Origin: Obrimoposthia wandeli
Taxonomy: Eukaryota
Reading direction: 5' to 3'
Assembly: GCA_977020255.1 (NCBI GenBank)
Contig: CDROCS010004130.1
Location: 1-64,000 of the forward strand
DNA length: 64,000 nt
Of this stretch, positions 51,333 to 60,009 are shown piece after piece. The notes below the pieces were generated by a model, which saw nothing but the letters and a program-made list of their open reading frames with translations, had not been told where the DNA came from and did not search any database. Every line of letters starts with the position of its first letter. Positions within the stretch are counted from its first letter, which is position 1. A program made the position numbers and the translations under genes.

Positions 51333-52256
51333 ATGAAAATTATAGTAAAAAATATAGTAGTTGTATTATTTGTATTAATAGGATTACAAACTTATGGACA
51401 GCAAGAACCATTATATACACAATATCAAAATAATTTTAGTTTAATTAACCCGGCATACTCAGGAAGCAATGGTCATTTTACAACAACGGCTAATGTTAGA
51501 AGTCAATGGGCTGGAGAAGCTGGAAGCCCTCAAACACAAACATTTTCAATACAAGGAGCTGTTGGTAAAAATGTTGGATTAGGATTTTCGGTAGTACACG
51601 ATGAAGTGTTTATTTGGAATAATACAGAACTCTTTGCTGATTTTTCTTACTCACTTCAAATGTCAGAATCGTCAATACTATCATTTGGATTAAAAGCTGG
51701 AGGTAGTTTTTTAAATGTAAACCTACAAGACTTAGGTGTTTCTGATGATCCTTATTTAAGTGGTAACATTAATAAATTTAACCCAAATTTAGGGATAGGA
51801 GCATTATATTATAACGATAATTTTTATGCAAGTATCTCAACTGTTAATATTTTGGAAACCACTCATTATGATGAAAAAAGTACTGTTTCTAAAGCTTCTG
51901 ATGAAATGGTTTTCTATGGATCGGCAGGATATGTGTTTGATTTAGGAAATGAATTTAAATTCAGGCCTTCTTTTTTGTTAAGAGCTGTAAATGGAAGTCC
52001 GTTATCAACAGACCTATCAGCAAGTTTCTTATGGACTAATCGTTTAGAATTAGCCATTTCTCACAGATTTGACTCATCAATCTCTGGTTTACTTCAAGTG
52101 CGAGTAAATGACAATGTTAAACTTGGATATTCTTACGACAAATTAACTAGTAACCTTGGGAACTATAATAGTGGTTCACATGAAATAAGTTTAGTTTTTG
52201 ATATGGGTTTAACTGGTAAACATGCAACTAAAAAGAAGATGCCTTTCTACTGGTAA
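51333..52256 (+). CDS. T9SS PorP/SprF-family outer-membrane protein
   Basis: QQEPLYTQY...INPAYSG...RSQWAG...SPQTQT, GYSYD, SGSHEISL; lies directly after a type-B CTD protein, as expected for the family. Confidence 0.92.
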   Translation: MKIIVKNIVVVLFVLIGLQTYGQQEPLYTQYQNNFSLINPAYSGSNGHFTTTANVRSQWAGEAGSPQTQTFSIQGAVGKNVGLGFSVVHDEVFIWNNTELFADFSYSLQMSESSILSFGLKAGGSFLNVNLQDLGVSDDPYLSGNINKFNPNLGIGALYYNDNFYASISTVNILETTHYDEKSTVSKASDEMVFYGSAGYVFDLGNEFKFRPSFLLRAVNGSPLSTDLSASFLWTNRLELAISHRFDSSISGLLQVRVNDNVKLGYSYDKLTSNLGNYNSGSHEISLVFDMGLTGKHATKKKMPFYW

Positions 52257-52278
52257 TACATCATGAAAATTCTAAAAT

Positions 52279-52312
52279 AAAAAATCAGCAATTGAAAGAT
52301 CGCTGATTTTTT
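52279..52312. terminator. Bidirectional intrinsic terminator
   Basis: AAAAAATCAGC-AATTGAAAGATC-GCTGATTTTTT between convergent genes. Confidence 0.85.
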
Positions 52313-52333
52313 ATTTTATATCAATCATTCAAT

Positions 52334-53926
52334 TTACTTAATACCTTTTATAATATCATCTATTCTTTTCTTTTCAACATTGTAGTCAATGCTCTCTCCT
52401 TTTTTCTCAGGAAATTGTTCTATCATAACAGTTGTAGAAGGAAATGCAAAATCAACTCCTAAATCAGCAGCTAACTTTAATATAGCAATATGTAAACTAT
52501 GTTTTGAAGCTTGCTCTTTATTCCAATCTAAAGCAGTGAAATAAACATTTACTAAAATTGTAAGTGATGAATCTCCAAAACCAGAAAACTCAACATTAAA
52601 AGCATCATCTCTGGTTGCAGGGTTCAGCTCTATTATTTTACGAACACCTTTTACAAAGGCATCTATAAGATCTGGTGGTGTATCATAACGCAAACCTAAA
52701 TTAGTTGTGTACCTTCTAAAAGCTCTTAATCCTTTATTATTAACAACCATTTCAGATAAAGTACTATTTGGTATTTGATAAACTGAAGTATCAGCAGCTC
52801 TTACGGTTGTTGATCTAAACCCAACAGTTTCAACAGTACCAACAACAATTCCTGCTTCAATCCAATCTCCAATATGGAATGGTTTATCAATAAATATCAT
52901 TATGGTTCCAATCAAGTTTTTTACTGTGTCTTGAGAGGCTAATGCAACAGCAATTCCACCTATAGAAGCACCAGCTATAACGGCTGTTGGTTCAACTCCA
53001 AATAAAGTTAAGAATTTTAATATCCCTAAAAATATTACCAAACCAGTTAAAAAGTTATGTAAAATTGGCACCAATTGATCATCTAGTTTTCCGTGAGTTT
53101 TTTCAGCAAAATCTGCATAAATACTCATAACAACTTTCACAAGCTTTAAGAATACATAGATCCAAAAAACAGTAACCATTATATTCAGTGCTAAAAACAG
53201 AACTGTATTAACATCTAAATGCAATAACAATGATGGCAACAAAATTTTAACCATCCATATGATTAATAAAAACACTATTGGTCTGGTTAATTTTTTCAAT
53301 GCTATTCTTACCTTCTCGCTTGATTTATGAATTATCAAAAATTGTATCTTTTGTAGAATAAAAAATATGACTTTTCTTAAAATGTAAAACAAAACTGTAC
53401 TTATTAACAATAGAATAATTAATCCTAAATACTGTCATAACTCAATTTTAAACAACTTTTTATGACCAAATTCTGGAATAATTTGCTGTAATTTTTCGGT
53501 ATGCCAAGGATACATACTTTCGTAAATTTCACTTACCTTATCTATTGTTTCACTTGAATAATACCAATTTTCACCTTTTTTCTCAACAAATATTTCAGGA
53601 ATTTGATAAGGGAACAAAGTATATCTAAATCCTATATTGTATCCGGTAGTATCAGAATACATTTTATTAGTAGGAACTTTACTAAAGTCAACTTTTAAAC
53701 CTTTTCCATCCAATATTTTTTTCAATTTTATTGCAATATCAATGGCTTCTTCATTTTCAAAACCATTAATTACAGATGCAGCCTTTTCAGGTTCATAAGA
53801 ATTTGGCTGTAAAAAAAATAAATGTGTGTATATTGTTGAATTGGGATTGCTTAAATCTACTTTTACTTTATTTTGGGCAAAAAGTGATGAGGTAAGCAAT
53901 AAAAAAAATAAGGTTATTTTTTTCAT
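52334..53926 (-). pseudogene. MscS-family mechanosensitive channel with exported N-terminal domain, split by one in-frame TGA at 53435-53437
   Basis: The two track ORFs are in the same frame: ...KIEL*QYLGLIILLLISTVL... The C-part has ALASQDTVKNL, DKPFHIGDWI, VGFRSTT, IPNS and FAFPS. Confidence 0.85.
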
Positions 53927-53980
53927 TGTAATTATTTTTAAACTTAAAACAAATTTAGGATATAAATATTTATAGACTAC

Positions 53981-55924
53981 TTAATGTTTTTTCTTTTTCT
54001 TGTTATGTTTCTTTTTTCTTCGTGAAGAATAAGTAATAGTGTCATCAAAAGTATCTTTTGATTTTGTTGGTTTATTCTTTCTCCAAGAATTTGTTGAAGG
54101 TAATAACTTATCTAACAAATCTACCCTATTTAGCTTAGATAAGGTGTTTTTAATCCATTGCTGATTTTCTCTTTTATACCAAAAGAAAAAACGATGTTGT
54201 TCATCTTTTTCGTGTTTGGATTTAGGAGTTCTTGTAGGTTTTAATGTGTATGGATGAAAACCACTATAATAGATTACAGTAGCAACTGTCATAGGTGTTG
54301 GTGTAAAACCTTGTACTTGCTCTAACTGGAAACCCATATCTTTAGTTTCGGCAGCTAGGTTTGCCATATCTTCAACCTCACAAGCAGGATGATTAGATAT
54401 AAAGTATGGTATTAACTGAAGCTTTAATTTCTTAGCGACATTAATTTTATCGAAACGCTCTTTAAACTTATGGAAGTATTTAAAAGAAGGCTTACGCATT
54501 AGTTTTAAAACAGGATCACTAGTATGCTCTGGTGCTACTTTTAGTCTACCAGAAACGTGCTTAGTCATTACTTCTTCAGTATAAGCATCTAATTCTTTTG
54601 GATCTGCATTTTTATTAAATTCTGGAACTAACATATCGTGTCTAATTCCACTTCCAATAAATGATTTCTTCACTTTCGGGTGACTATCAACAGCCTGATA
54701 CAATTCTGTTAATGCCTTATGAGAAGTATCTAAATTATGACAAATCATTGGTGAAATACAAGAAGGAGCAACACATTTATCGCAGATTTCTTGAACTTTA
54801 CCTTTCATTTTATACATATTTGCAGAAGGCCCTCCAATATCTGATAAATACCCTTTAAAATCTGGCATTTCAGCTACCTGGTCAACTTCTTTTAAAACAG
54901 ACTCCTGACTTCTACTTGCTATAAACTTTCCTTGATGTGCTGATATCGTACAAAAACTACAACCGCCAAAACAACCTCTATGCATATTAATCGAAAATTT
55001 AATCATTTCGAAAGCAGGTATAGGGCCTCTCTTTTTGTATTTTGGATGTGGTAATCTTGTAAATGGCAAATCAAACGATGCATCAATTTCCTTTTCAGTC
55101 ATTGTTGGGAAAGGAGGATTAATTACTAACGTTGTGTTTCCTACATCCTGTAAAACTCTACCTCCATATAATTTATTAGATTCCTGTTCTACAATTTTAA
55201 AGTTTGCAGCAAATACTTTTTTACTTTTTAAACAATCTTCGTGAGAACTTAAAGTAACCTCATTCCAATTCTTATTTTTAGGAAGTTCCTCTTCTTTATC
55301 TTTTAAATATGCTGTTTGATTTATCGTTTTTAATGAAGAAAAAGGCACTCCTTTTTGCAATAGATTTACAATCTCACGTAATGGTTGTTCTCCCATTCCA
55401 TACACTAATAAATCTGCTTTAGATTCAGTTAAAATATTCGTTTTTAACTTATCACTCCAATAATCATAATGCGTAACTCTTCTAAGTGAAGCTTCAATAC
55501 CTCCAATTAAAACAGGAACATCTGGGAATTTCTCTTTTAATATGTTCGAATAAACTATACTTGCATAATCTGGTCTAAAACCCTTATCTCCATTTGGAGT
55601 ATAAGCATCCTTATCTCGTTGTCTTTTACTCGCAGTATAATTACTTACCATTGAATCCATTTCACCAGCAGTAACTCCAAAAAATAATCTTGGTTTACCC
55701 ATTTTTGTGAAATCTTGTAAATTATCATTTACACTTGGTTGTGGAACTATGGCTACTTTCAACCCATAACTTTCTAAAATCCTACCAATAACAGCAGGCC
55801 CAAAGGCTGGATGATCTACATACGCATCTCCACTAAAAAGAATTACATCTAATTCCTCCCATCCTCTAAGTTTCACCTCTTTATTTGTAGTAGGTAACCA
55901 ATCTGATAATTTATTCATCTTCAT
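53981..55924 (-). CDS. ygiQ: YgiQ (UPF0313)-family radical SAM protein
   Basis: SGDAYVDHP, GGIEASLRR, HRGCFGGCSFC, SDIGGPSANMY, APEH. The start is ATG 55924 or 55918 because a TATTTTTG -7 element covers the track's TTG at 55933. Confidence 0.88.
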   Translation of the reverse strand: MKMNKLSDWLPTTNKEVKLRGWEELDVILFSGDAYVDHPAFGPAVIGRILESYGLKVAIVPQPSVNDNLQDFTKMGKPRLFFGVTAGEMDSMVSNYTASKRQRDKDAYTPNGDKGFRPDYASIVYSNILKEKFPDVPVLIGGIEASLRRVTHYDYWSDKLKTNILTESKADLLVYGMGEQPLREIVNLLQKGVPFSSLKTINQTAYLKDKEEELPKNKNWNEVTLSSHEDCLKSKKVFAANFKIVEQESNKLYGGRVLQDVGNTTLVINPPFPTMTEKEIDASFDLPFTRLPHPKYKKRGPIPAFEMIKFSINMHRGCFGGCSFCTISAHQGKFIASRSQESVLKEVDQVAEMPDFKGYLSDIGGPSANMYKMKGKVQEICDKCVAPSCISPMICHNLDTSHKALTELYQAVDSHPKVKKSFIGSGIRHDMLVPEFNKNADPKELDAYTEEVMTKHVSGRLKVAPEHTSDPVLKLMRKPSFKYFHKFKERFDKINVAKKLKLQLIPYFISNHPACEVEDMANLAAETKDMGFQLEQVQGFTPTPMTVATVIYYSGFHPYTLKPTRTPKSKHEKDEQHRFFFWYKRENQQWIKNTLSKLNRVDLLDKLLPSTNSWRKNKPTKSKDTFDDTITYSSRRKKKHNKKKKKH

Positions 55925-55991
55925 ATTTTGCAAAAATACACTATTTAAAACAATTCTAAAGTAAAGCTATGTTTATAGTTAGATGCTATTT

Positions 55992-56020
55992 AGTGTTAAT
56001 GAGTGTTAATGAGTGTTAAC
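55992..56020 (+). promoter_or_regulatory. Three 10-bp direct repeats (AGTGTTAA[T/C])
   Basis: AGTGTTAATG AGTGTTAATG AGTGTTAAC in the divergent intergenic region. Confidence 0.55.
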
Positions 56021-56073
56021 ATATTAAACCTTTCTATAACTAAGAAGTCAAAGAGGTATATAACAAAATAAAT

Positions 56074-56583
56074 ATGAATATTATGAAAAAATTAGTGGGG
56101 TTAACAGTTTTTATCTTTTTAGTATCGTTATCAATAAATGCTCAAAATTATAAAAGAGGAAATAAAAACAATTCTCAATTTACACCAGAACAAAGTGCAA
56201 CGCTACAAGCTAAAAAAATGGCTTTGAATTTAGATTTAACTGAAAAACAACAAAAGGCCGTTTATAAGTTAATGAAAAAAAATGCTGAAGAAAGAACTAC
56301 TATTCGTGACGAGCGCCAGGCAAATAGACAAAATGGGGAAACTTTAACACAAGATGAGCGCTTTGCAATGGCTAATACCCGAGCAGATCGACAAATTGCT
56401 CATAAAGCAGAAATGAAAAATATTTTATCAGCAGAACAATTTGATAAATGGCAACTGCAACGCAACCAATTCGGAAACAATAAAGGAAAAATGGGTAAAA
56501 GAGGTAACAATCGAAATAATGGTAATTGTACCTGTAACAATGGATCTAATAACTCTTCCAGAGGAAACAGAAATAGAATTTAA
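56074..56583 (+). CDS. Exported helical protein, Spy/CpxP-like (DUF4890-like)
   Basis: Signal peptide; MALNLDLTEKQQ and ILSAEQFDKW (LTxxQ-like motifs); Asn/Gly/Arg-rich tail. Confidence 0.6.
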   Translation: MNIMKKLVGLTVFIFLVSLSINAQNYKRGNKNNSQFTPEQSATLQAKKMALNLDLTEKQQKAVYKLMKKNAEERTTIRDERQANRQNGETLTQDERFAMANTRADRQIAHKAEMKNILSAEQFDKWQLQRNQFGNNKGKMGKRGNNRNNGNCTCNNGSNNSSRGNRNRI

Positions 56584-56609
56584 AGTTGATGTATTGTTTG
56601 TTTGATTTA

Positions 56610-56641
56610 AAGAACCGCAACTTAATGTTGCTGTTTTTTTT
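56610..56641 (+). terminator. Intrinsic terminator
   Basis: AGAACCGCAAC-TTAAT-GTTGCTGTTTTTTTT; a TAAGTTTG -7 element for the next gene follows at 56644-56651. Confidence 0.7.
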
Positions 56642-56670
56642 ATTAAGTTTGTTTATCTTAATTTTTATAA

Positions 56671-57516
56671 ATGGCCATTCAAGACATTACAAATTATTCA
56701 TATAAAAATATTTTTACGTTAAGTACAGTTTCTTTCGAAAAGGCCTGTGTTGTAAATAAAAATAAACAAATTGATAATTATAGTATTTATTGGATAAAAG
56801 AAGGCAAAGGAACATATAGTATAGATTTTAAGAGTTATTCGTTTACTGGAAATGTTCTATTCTTTTTATCTCCTGGTCAAATATTTTCAGTAGATTCTGA
56901 AAAAATTAAAGAGGCTTATAAACTTTCCTTTATACGTGATTTTTATTGTATTGAAGCACACGATAAAGAAATTGCCTGTAATGGAGTTCTATTTAATAAT
57001 ATTTATGAAACTCCTTTTGTTCAAGTTTCTGAAAACGATATTTTAAAACTTGATTTTATTTTAGAAAGTTTAGTTGAAGAATTTAAACATCAGGACACTG
57101 CACAATATGATATGTTGCAATCTTACTTAAAACAATTTATCATTCATTCAGTTAGAATTAAAAAAGAACTTGGTTCAATTAAAGATGATAATGAATCGAG
57201 ATTATTCAAAGATTTTAGTACGCTTGTAGAACAGAATTTTAAACAACTTCATTCTGTAACAGAATATGCAAATAGATTAGGGATTTCACCAAAATCATTA
57301 ACAAAGCATCTGCAACTATTAGGCACTGTAAAACCCAGCGAGTTTATTAAGAATAGAATTATATTGGAAGCAAAACGTCAATTAATTTATTCCGATGAAT
57401 CTGTTAAACACATTGCTTTTAACTTAGGATTTAATGATCCTGCATACTTTACACGTTTTTTCACTAAAGCAATAGAAAAATCTCCATTACAGTTTAAAAA
57501 TAACTTCAAAAAGTAA
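56671..57516 (+). CDS. AraC-family transcriptional regulator
   Basis: N-terminal cupin-like region (LFFLSPGQIF); C-terminal VTEYANRLGIS...EAKRQL...IAFNLGFNDPAYFTRFF. Confidence 0.93.
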   Translation: MAIQDITNYSYKNIFTLSTVSFEKACVVNKNKQIDNYSIYWIKEGKGTYSIDFKSYSFTGNVLFFLSPGQIFSVDSEKIKEAYKLSFIRDFYCIEAHDKEIACNGVLFNNIYETPFVQVSENDILKLDFILESLVEEFKHQDTAQYDMLQSYLKQFIIHSVRIKKELGSIKDDNESRLFKDFSTLVEQNFKQLHSVTEYANRLGISPKSLTKHLQLLGTVKPSEFIKNRIILEAKRQLIYSDESVKHIAFNLGFNDPAYFTRFFTKAIEKSPLQFKNNFKK

Positions 57517-57595
57517 TTCTCAACTCCTTTTAGTTCAAAAATCTTCTTAAAACCAATGCTTAATGATTGATTTCTTTATGAAATCCAATCATCAG

Positions 57596-57617
57596 GAACT
57601 TTTGTCCATTTATTCAC
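57596..57617 (+). promoter_or_regulatory. 22-bp box, copy 1 (putative AraC operator)
   Basis: GAACTTTTGTCCATTTATTCAC, identical at 58008-58029. Confidence 0.7.
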
Positions 57618-57662
57618 TTTGATATATACCGCAATTTTGTAAAGAATTTAAAACTTAACATT

Positions 57663-57992
57663 ATGGATATCAAATTAAATCAAAACGAATATCAGGAAAC
57701 CCTAGAAAACAATAAAATTGTATTACTTGATTTTTATGCTGACTGGTGTGGACCGTGTCAAACATTATTACCAACCATTCAAAAATTAGCAGAAGAATAT
57801 GAAGGAAAGGTTGCTATTAAAAAAGTTAATGTAGATGAGAATAGTGAGTTGGCAGCGCAATTTCAAGTTAGAAGTATTCCCACACTAATTTATTTTTCAG
57901 AAGGAAAAGTGGCAGGAAGATTAACTGGATTAGCTCCAGAGAGTGAATTAAAAACACAGCTTAACAAATTAATTTCAGATTCAAAAAATTAA
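57663..57992 (+). CDS. Thioredoxin
   Basis: LDFYADWCGPC, KVNVDEN, VRSIPTL. Confidence 0.95.
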   Translation: MDIKLNQNEYQETLENNKIVLLDFYADWCGPCQTLLPTIQKLAEEYEGKVAIKKVNVDENSELAAQFQVRSIPTLIYFSEGKVAGRLTGLAPESELKTQLNKLISDSKN

Positions 57993-58007
57993 TTCTCCAA
58001 TCACAAA

Positions 58008-58029
58008 GAACTTTTGTCCATTTATTCAC
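58008..58029 (+). promoter_or_regulatory. 22-bp box, copy 2 (putative AraC operator)
   Basis: GAACTTTTGTCCATTTATTCAC; both copies are preceded by CCAATCA four nt upstream. Confidence 0.7.
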
Positions 58030-58078
58030 ATTCGTTTCTTCCGCATCTTCGCAGTATATCAATTAAACAAAATAAATT

Positions 58079-58189
58079 ATGAAAACTATACAACAAACAC
58101 AATGTCCAAATTGCTGGGGTTACCAAGAATATGATGAAAATTATCCCAACAGAATTTTATGTGGATGCAAAACAACTAATAATAAATAA
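58079..58189 (+). CDS. Unannotated 36-aa Cys-rich micropeptide
   Basis: MKTIQQTQCPNCWGYQEYDENYPNRILCGCKTTNNK*; A-rich leader (AAATAAATT) before the ATG, typical of Bacteroidota starts. Confidence 0.6.
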   Translation: MKTIQQTQCPNCWGYQEYDENYPNRILCGCKTTNNK

Positions 58190-58216
58190 AATAACTAATT
58201 ACTTAAATCAATAATT

Positions 58217-58774
58217 ATGAGCACAAGAATTGAAACATTAAACCCAGAAACAACAACAGGTAAATCCAAGGAACTTTTTAATGCAGTTCAAAAAAAATTA
58301 GGTTTTATTCCTAACCTAATAAAAGTCTTTGGAAACTCTCCAGCTACATTACAATCTTATTTAAGTTTAGGAGAATTAACAGCAAGTGGTAATTTCAGTA
58401 ATAAATTTAGAGAACAATTAGCATTAGCAATAGGCGAAGAAAATAGCTGTAATTATTGTCTTTCTGCGCACACAGCAATTGGAAAAATGAATGGCCTTTC
58501 AGATGAGCAAACTGAATTAAACAGACAAGGATTAGCCAAAGATTCAAAAGTTGAAGCAGGATTAAAATTTGCTCAAGAAGTTACAAAAAACAGAGGTGTG
58601 GTTTCTAATGAAAGTTTAAAAAATGTGAAAGAAGCAGGTTATAATGACGGTGATATTTTAGAAATTGTTTTAAATGTAGTTTCAAATACACTTACAAACT
58701 ATGTAAACCATATTGCCGATACAGAAGTAGATTTTCCAAAAGTAGAAGCTGGAAAATTTTCAATCTTAAAATAA
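58217..58774 (+). CDS. Carboxymuconolactone decarboxylase / AhpD-like peroxidase-related protein
   Basis: GFIPNL...SPATL, REQLALAIGEENSCNYCLSAH (CxYCxxxH), TNYVNHIADTEVDFP. Confidence 0.88.
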   Translation: MSTRIETLNPETTTGKSKELFNAVQKKLGFIPNLIKVFGNSPATLQSYLSLGELTASGNFSNKFREQLALAIGEENSCNYCLSAHTAIGKMNGLSDEQTELNRQGLAKDSKVEAGLKFAQEVTKNRGVVSNESLKNVKEAGYNDGDILEIVLNVVSNTLTNYVNHIADTEVDFPKVEAGKFSILK

Positions 58775-58801
58775 TAATTAACTATCTAACTAATTTACAA
58801 A

Positions 58802-59158
58802 ATGGAAAATCAAATAGAAAAAAACTTGTTACATATTCATCAATTATTAGCAGAAGCTAAATTTATTGAAGCAATGGATACTTATTTACACGATGATGTG
58901 GAACTTAGGGAAGCAAATGGCGAACCGAAAAAAGGGAAACAATTTAATTTAGATTTTGAAAATGATTTTATAAATAATCAATTGGCAGAATTTATTAGGT
59001 ATGATATTAAAGATTATGCTGTACAAGGAAATCATTCATTTTATACTGCTGAAATGGAATTAAAATTAAAAGATGGAACTACTATGTTATCTGAACAGGC
59101 AGTTGCAACAGAATGGAAAGATGGCAAAATTTACAGAGAGCGTTATTACCACGCTTAA
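58802..59158 (+). CDS. SnoaL/NTF2-like protein
   Basis: AMDTYLHDDVELRE...KKGK...EQAVATEWKDGKIYRERYY pattern. Confidence 0.75.
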   Translation: MENQIEKNLLHIHQLLAEAKFIEAMDTYLHDDVELREANGEPKKGKQFNLDFENDFINNQLAEFIRYDIKDYAVQGNHSFYTAEMELKLKDGTTMLSEQAVATEWKDGKIYRERYYHA

Positions 59159-59179
59159 TAAAATAATATTATTTAAAAC

Positions 59180-59212
59180 AAAAAAGGAGGAGTAAATTGC
59201 TCCTCCCTTTTT
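59180..59212. terminator. Bidirectional intrinsic terminator
   Basis: AAAAAAGGAGGAG-TAAATTG-CTCCTCCCTTTTT between convergent genes. Confidence 0.85.
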
Positions 59213-59216
59213 ATAA

Positions 59217-60008
59217 CTATTTGGTTAAATTTAGAGATTGGCCTATACTAATCTCATTTGTTTTTAAACCATTAATTTTTTTCAACTCCTTAACTGTTAA
59301 ACCGTATCTTCTAGAAATTGAATACAACGTATCACCTTTTATTACAAGATGACTTTTATTTGTTTTAATCTTTGATTTTTTAAACTTCTTTCCTAAAACC
59401 CTGGTATCGTATTTATGTAAATCATATTTTTCAATAAGAGCGATCAATTTAGCTGGATATCTCCTATCAGTTGCATAACCAGCTGCACTTAATCCTTTCG
59501 CCCATTTTACATAATCACCTTTTTTAAATTTGAATAATTTTGAATATCGTTGTCTTCCAGCTAAAAACAATGAATGGTCTCTATAGGATGTTTTTGGATC
59601 TTTGTATACTCTAAAACATTCTCCTTTTTCATCGTCATCATGAAATATTTCTCCACCTTTCCATCCTTTATGACATTTAATTCCAAAGTGATTATTGGAA
59701 TTTCTCGTTAATTGACTATTTCCACTTGAAGACTCTAAAATACCTTGAGCTAAAGTAATACTCGCAGGAATTTTAAAAACTTTCATTTCTTCCATAGCTG
59801 CATCTTTATATTTATCAATATACTCAACAGTTGTTTGCCTAATTGACTTTTTAGTAGAAGTTTCTTTTTTTACAACTTCCTGTTCATTAGGTGCAAAAAT
59901 AATCTCCTCATTAGGAGTGTTATTTCTTTCTGCAACACGCTTTTTCGATTTACAACTTATCAAAATTGCAATTGTTAGAAGGCTTATAAATATGTACTTT
60001 ATTTTCAT
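59217..60008 (-). CDS. GH73 glucosaminidase-domain + LysM lipoprotein (peptidoglycan hydrolase)
   Basis: Lipobox LISC, IPASITLAQGILES, NNHFGIKC, GYATD, HLVIKGDTLYSISRRYG. Confidence 0.92.
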   Translation of the reverse strand: MKIKYIFISLLTIAILISCKSKKRVAERNNTPNEEIIFAPNEQEVVKKETSTKKSIRQTTVEYIDKYKDAAMEEMKVFKIPASITLAQGILESSSGNSQLTRNSNNHFGIKCHKGWKGGEIFHDDDEKGECFRVYKDPKTSYRDHSLFLAGRQRYSKLFKFKKGDYVKWAKGLSAAGYATDRRYPAKLIALIEKYDLHKYDTRVLGKKFKKSKIKTNKSHLVIKGDTLYSISRRYGLTVKELKKINGLKTNEISIGQSLNLTK

Positions 60009-60009
60009 T

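Noticed and set aside
53435-53437. TGA recoding (selenocysteine or genetic code 4)
   Set aside because: TGA acts as a normal stop elsewhere (ATGA overlap at 18651-18654), Trp is TGG throughout, and the position is not a catalytic Cys site.
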